Shown in pieces: positions 63,011-64,000 of a stretch of 64,000 nt of DNA. Source of the stretch: Zygnema circumcarinatum SAG 698-1b. Its lineage: Eukaryota > Plantae > Zygnematophyceae. The position numbers were made by a program, and so were the translations under genes. The first letter of the stretch is position 1; every line of letters starts with the position of its first letter. Below the pieces are notes generated by a model, which ran no database searches, was not told the DNA's origin, and worked only from the letters and a program-made list of their open reading frames with translations. The stretch is taken from assembly GCA_037447605.1 (NCBI GenBank), contig CM074809.1, forward strand, positions 4,144,689 through 4,208,688, given 5' to 3'.

Positions 63011-63506
63011 CAAGAAGACTCTTTCTCTCTCTCTCTCTCTATCTATGGCATGGAACTCTCTCTCTCTCTCACAATTAGCATCTGTTGCTGGAACTGAAGA
63101 GGAAGAAGAGAAGAACAAGACCACAAACCACACAGCAAATACAAGTACTAAGCCCAGCACTAAAAGACAAACAAGCATCACTGACATCCCATCTACTTAA
63201 CACCGACAATAGATCTTGAGCCTTAGCAGTGACAGTCTGATTGGCCAACTGCCCACTGAGAGGCCTGACTGACTACGTGAGGCCTTCTGATAGGTCAACC
63301 GCTGACAATCGGCGGCATTTTGCGGCGCTTCCGAGTGCGCCTAGCTGGATGGTGTGCTGTCCCGTGGGCCGCCAACACATGGCGCCGCCTTCTCGCATTT
63401 TCCGTCGGCAATTCCTGGATCAGGCCGGTCCGTGACACTGAATAGGAATATGGCAAGTACAACTGAACGGACGCGGATCCGTCGAGCGCAGCTCCGTTAC
63501 GCTACA
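63011..63506 (-). repeat. LTR-like direct repeat, right copy (left end in a gap)
   Basis: Near-identical to 47082-47577. Confidence 0.85.
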
Positions 63507-64000
63507 AGCTTCCTCGACAACGCGCGCACCACTCCAGCGATCGTCCGTACGCACCGGACTAATGTACGGTCGACCACTAAAGCAATAAGCAATACAAAGC
63601 TGACCGCGCAGCTTATCGCTGTGCGCCACGTTTCTAACCTATGCTTACCAGTTCTAAGTAGACTCCTGTGGTGGCGCGGCCTATCGTCGCCCTCCACGTG
63701 TCCTACTCAGACTTCCCGTGTTCCCACTACGAACAGCGACCTAGCGCCCTGTTCAGACTGTGACCAAATCTCCTAAAGACTGCCGACAAAGGCTGACCGT
63801 ACAGCGTACAATTCTAGGCTATACCCCTATTGTACCCAACATGAACTGCAGTTATGTTTCACATAACCTTTAGCAGATGAGCCGCTGTACGTTCCTTTTC
63901 ATAATGAAACGGTGTGAACGACGACAAGCAAGAAATTGGATCGGCCCTTACTGGAGGAGTCGAGAACTTCAGCGCAGGCGCTGCCGTATCATCGCTGTTG

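Larger units (their letters stand above)
47000..63506 (-). mobile_element. Outer element B (Ty3/gypsy-type integrase, Gag-like CCHC knuckle), interrupted by A1
   Basis: CCHC CTFCQIMGHDARVC at 62946-62905. Integrase zinc finger (H..GFHLG..YYWPG..CTRC) and DDE core (AVDRYTK..HSDNG..QNGLAER) at about 62300-61630. It resumes after A1 at 48385 with SVHSSTGFSPYELLYGRKP and a WLGPF (GPY/F) motif near 48060. Confidence 0.75.

Overview
Intron-rich eukaryotic nuclear DNA, most likely from a streptophyte green alga or early-diverging plant (inferred from KOBITO1, plant-type SULTR, AP2 and Agenet domains). Bases 1-46 kb are gene-rich: a 5'-truncated KOBITO1-like glycosyltransferase (+), an uncharacterised beta-strand-rich multi-exon gene (-), two convergent sulfate transporter paralogs with matching 14-exon structure flanking a 1207-codon low-complexity ORF, mitochondrial citrate synthase (+), and a 1566-aa gene combining FHA, PHD, two Agenet/Tudor and two AP2 domains. 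MITEs and a foldback element lie in the intergenic spaces. Bases 47-64 kb are a nested LTR-retrotransposon cluster. An outer integrase-bearing element (B) is split by chromovirus A1, which itself contains a complete 446-bp TRIM and a second chromovirus (A2). The most notable signal is a tRNA-like Pol III A/B-box module in the TRIM LTRs and, in homologous form, in the apparent 3' LTR of protein-coding chromovirus A2. All gene models were spliced by eye. The cluster has four 10-N gaps and indel-rich sequence, so some apparent decay there may be sequencing error.
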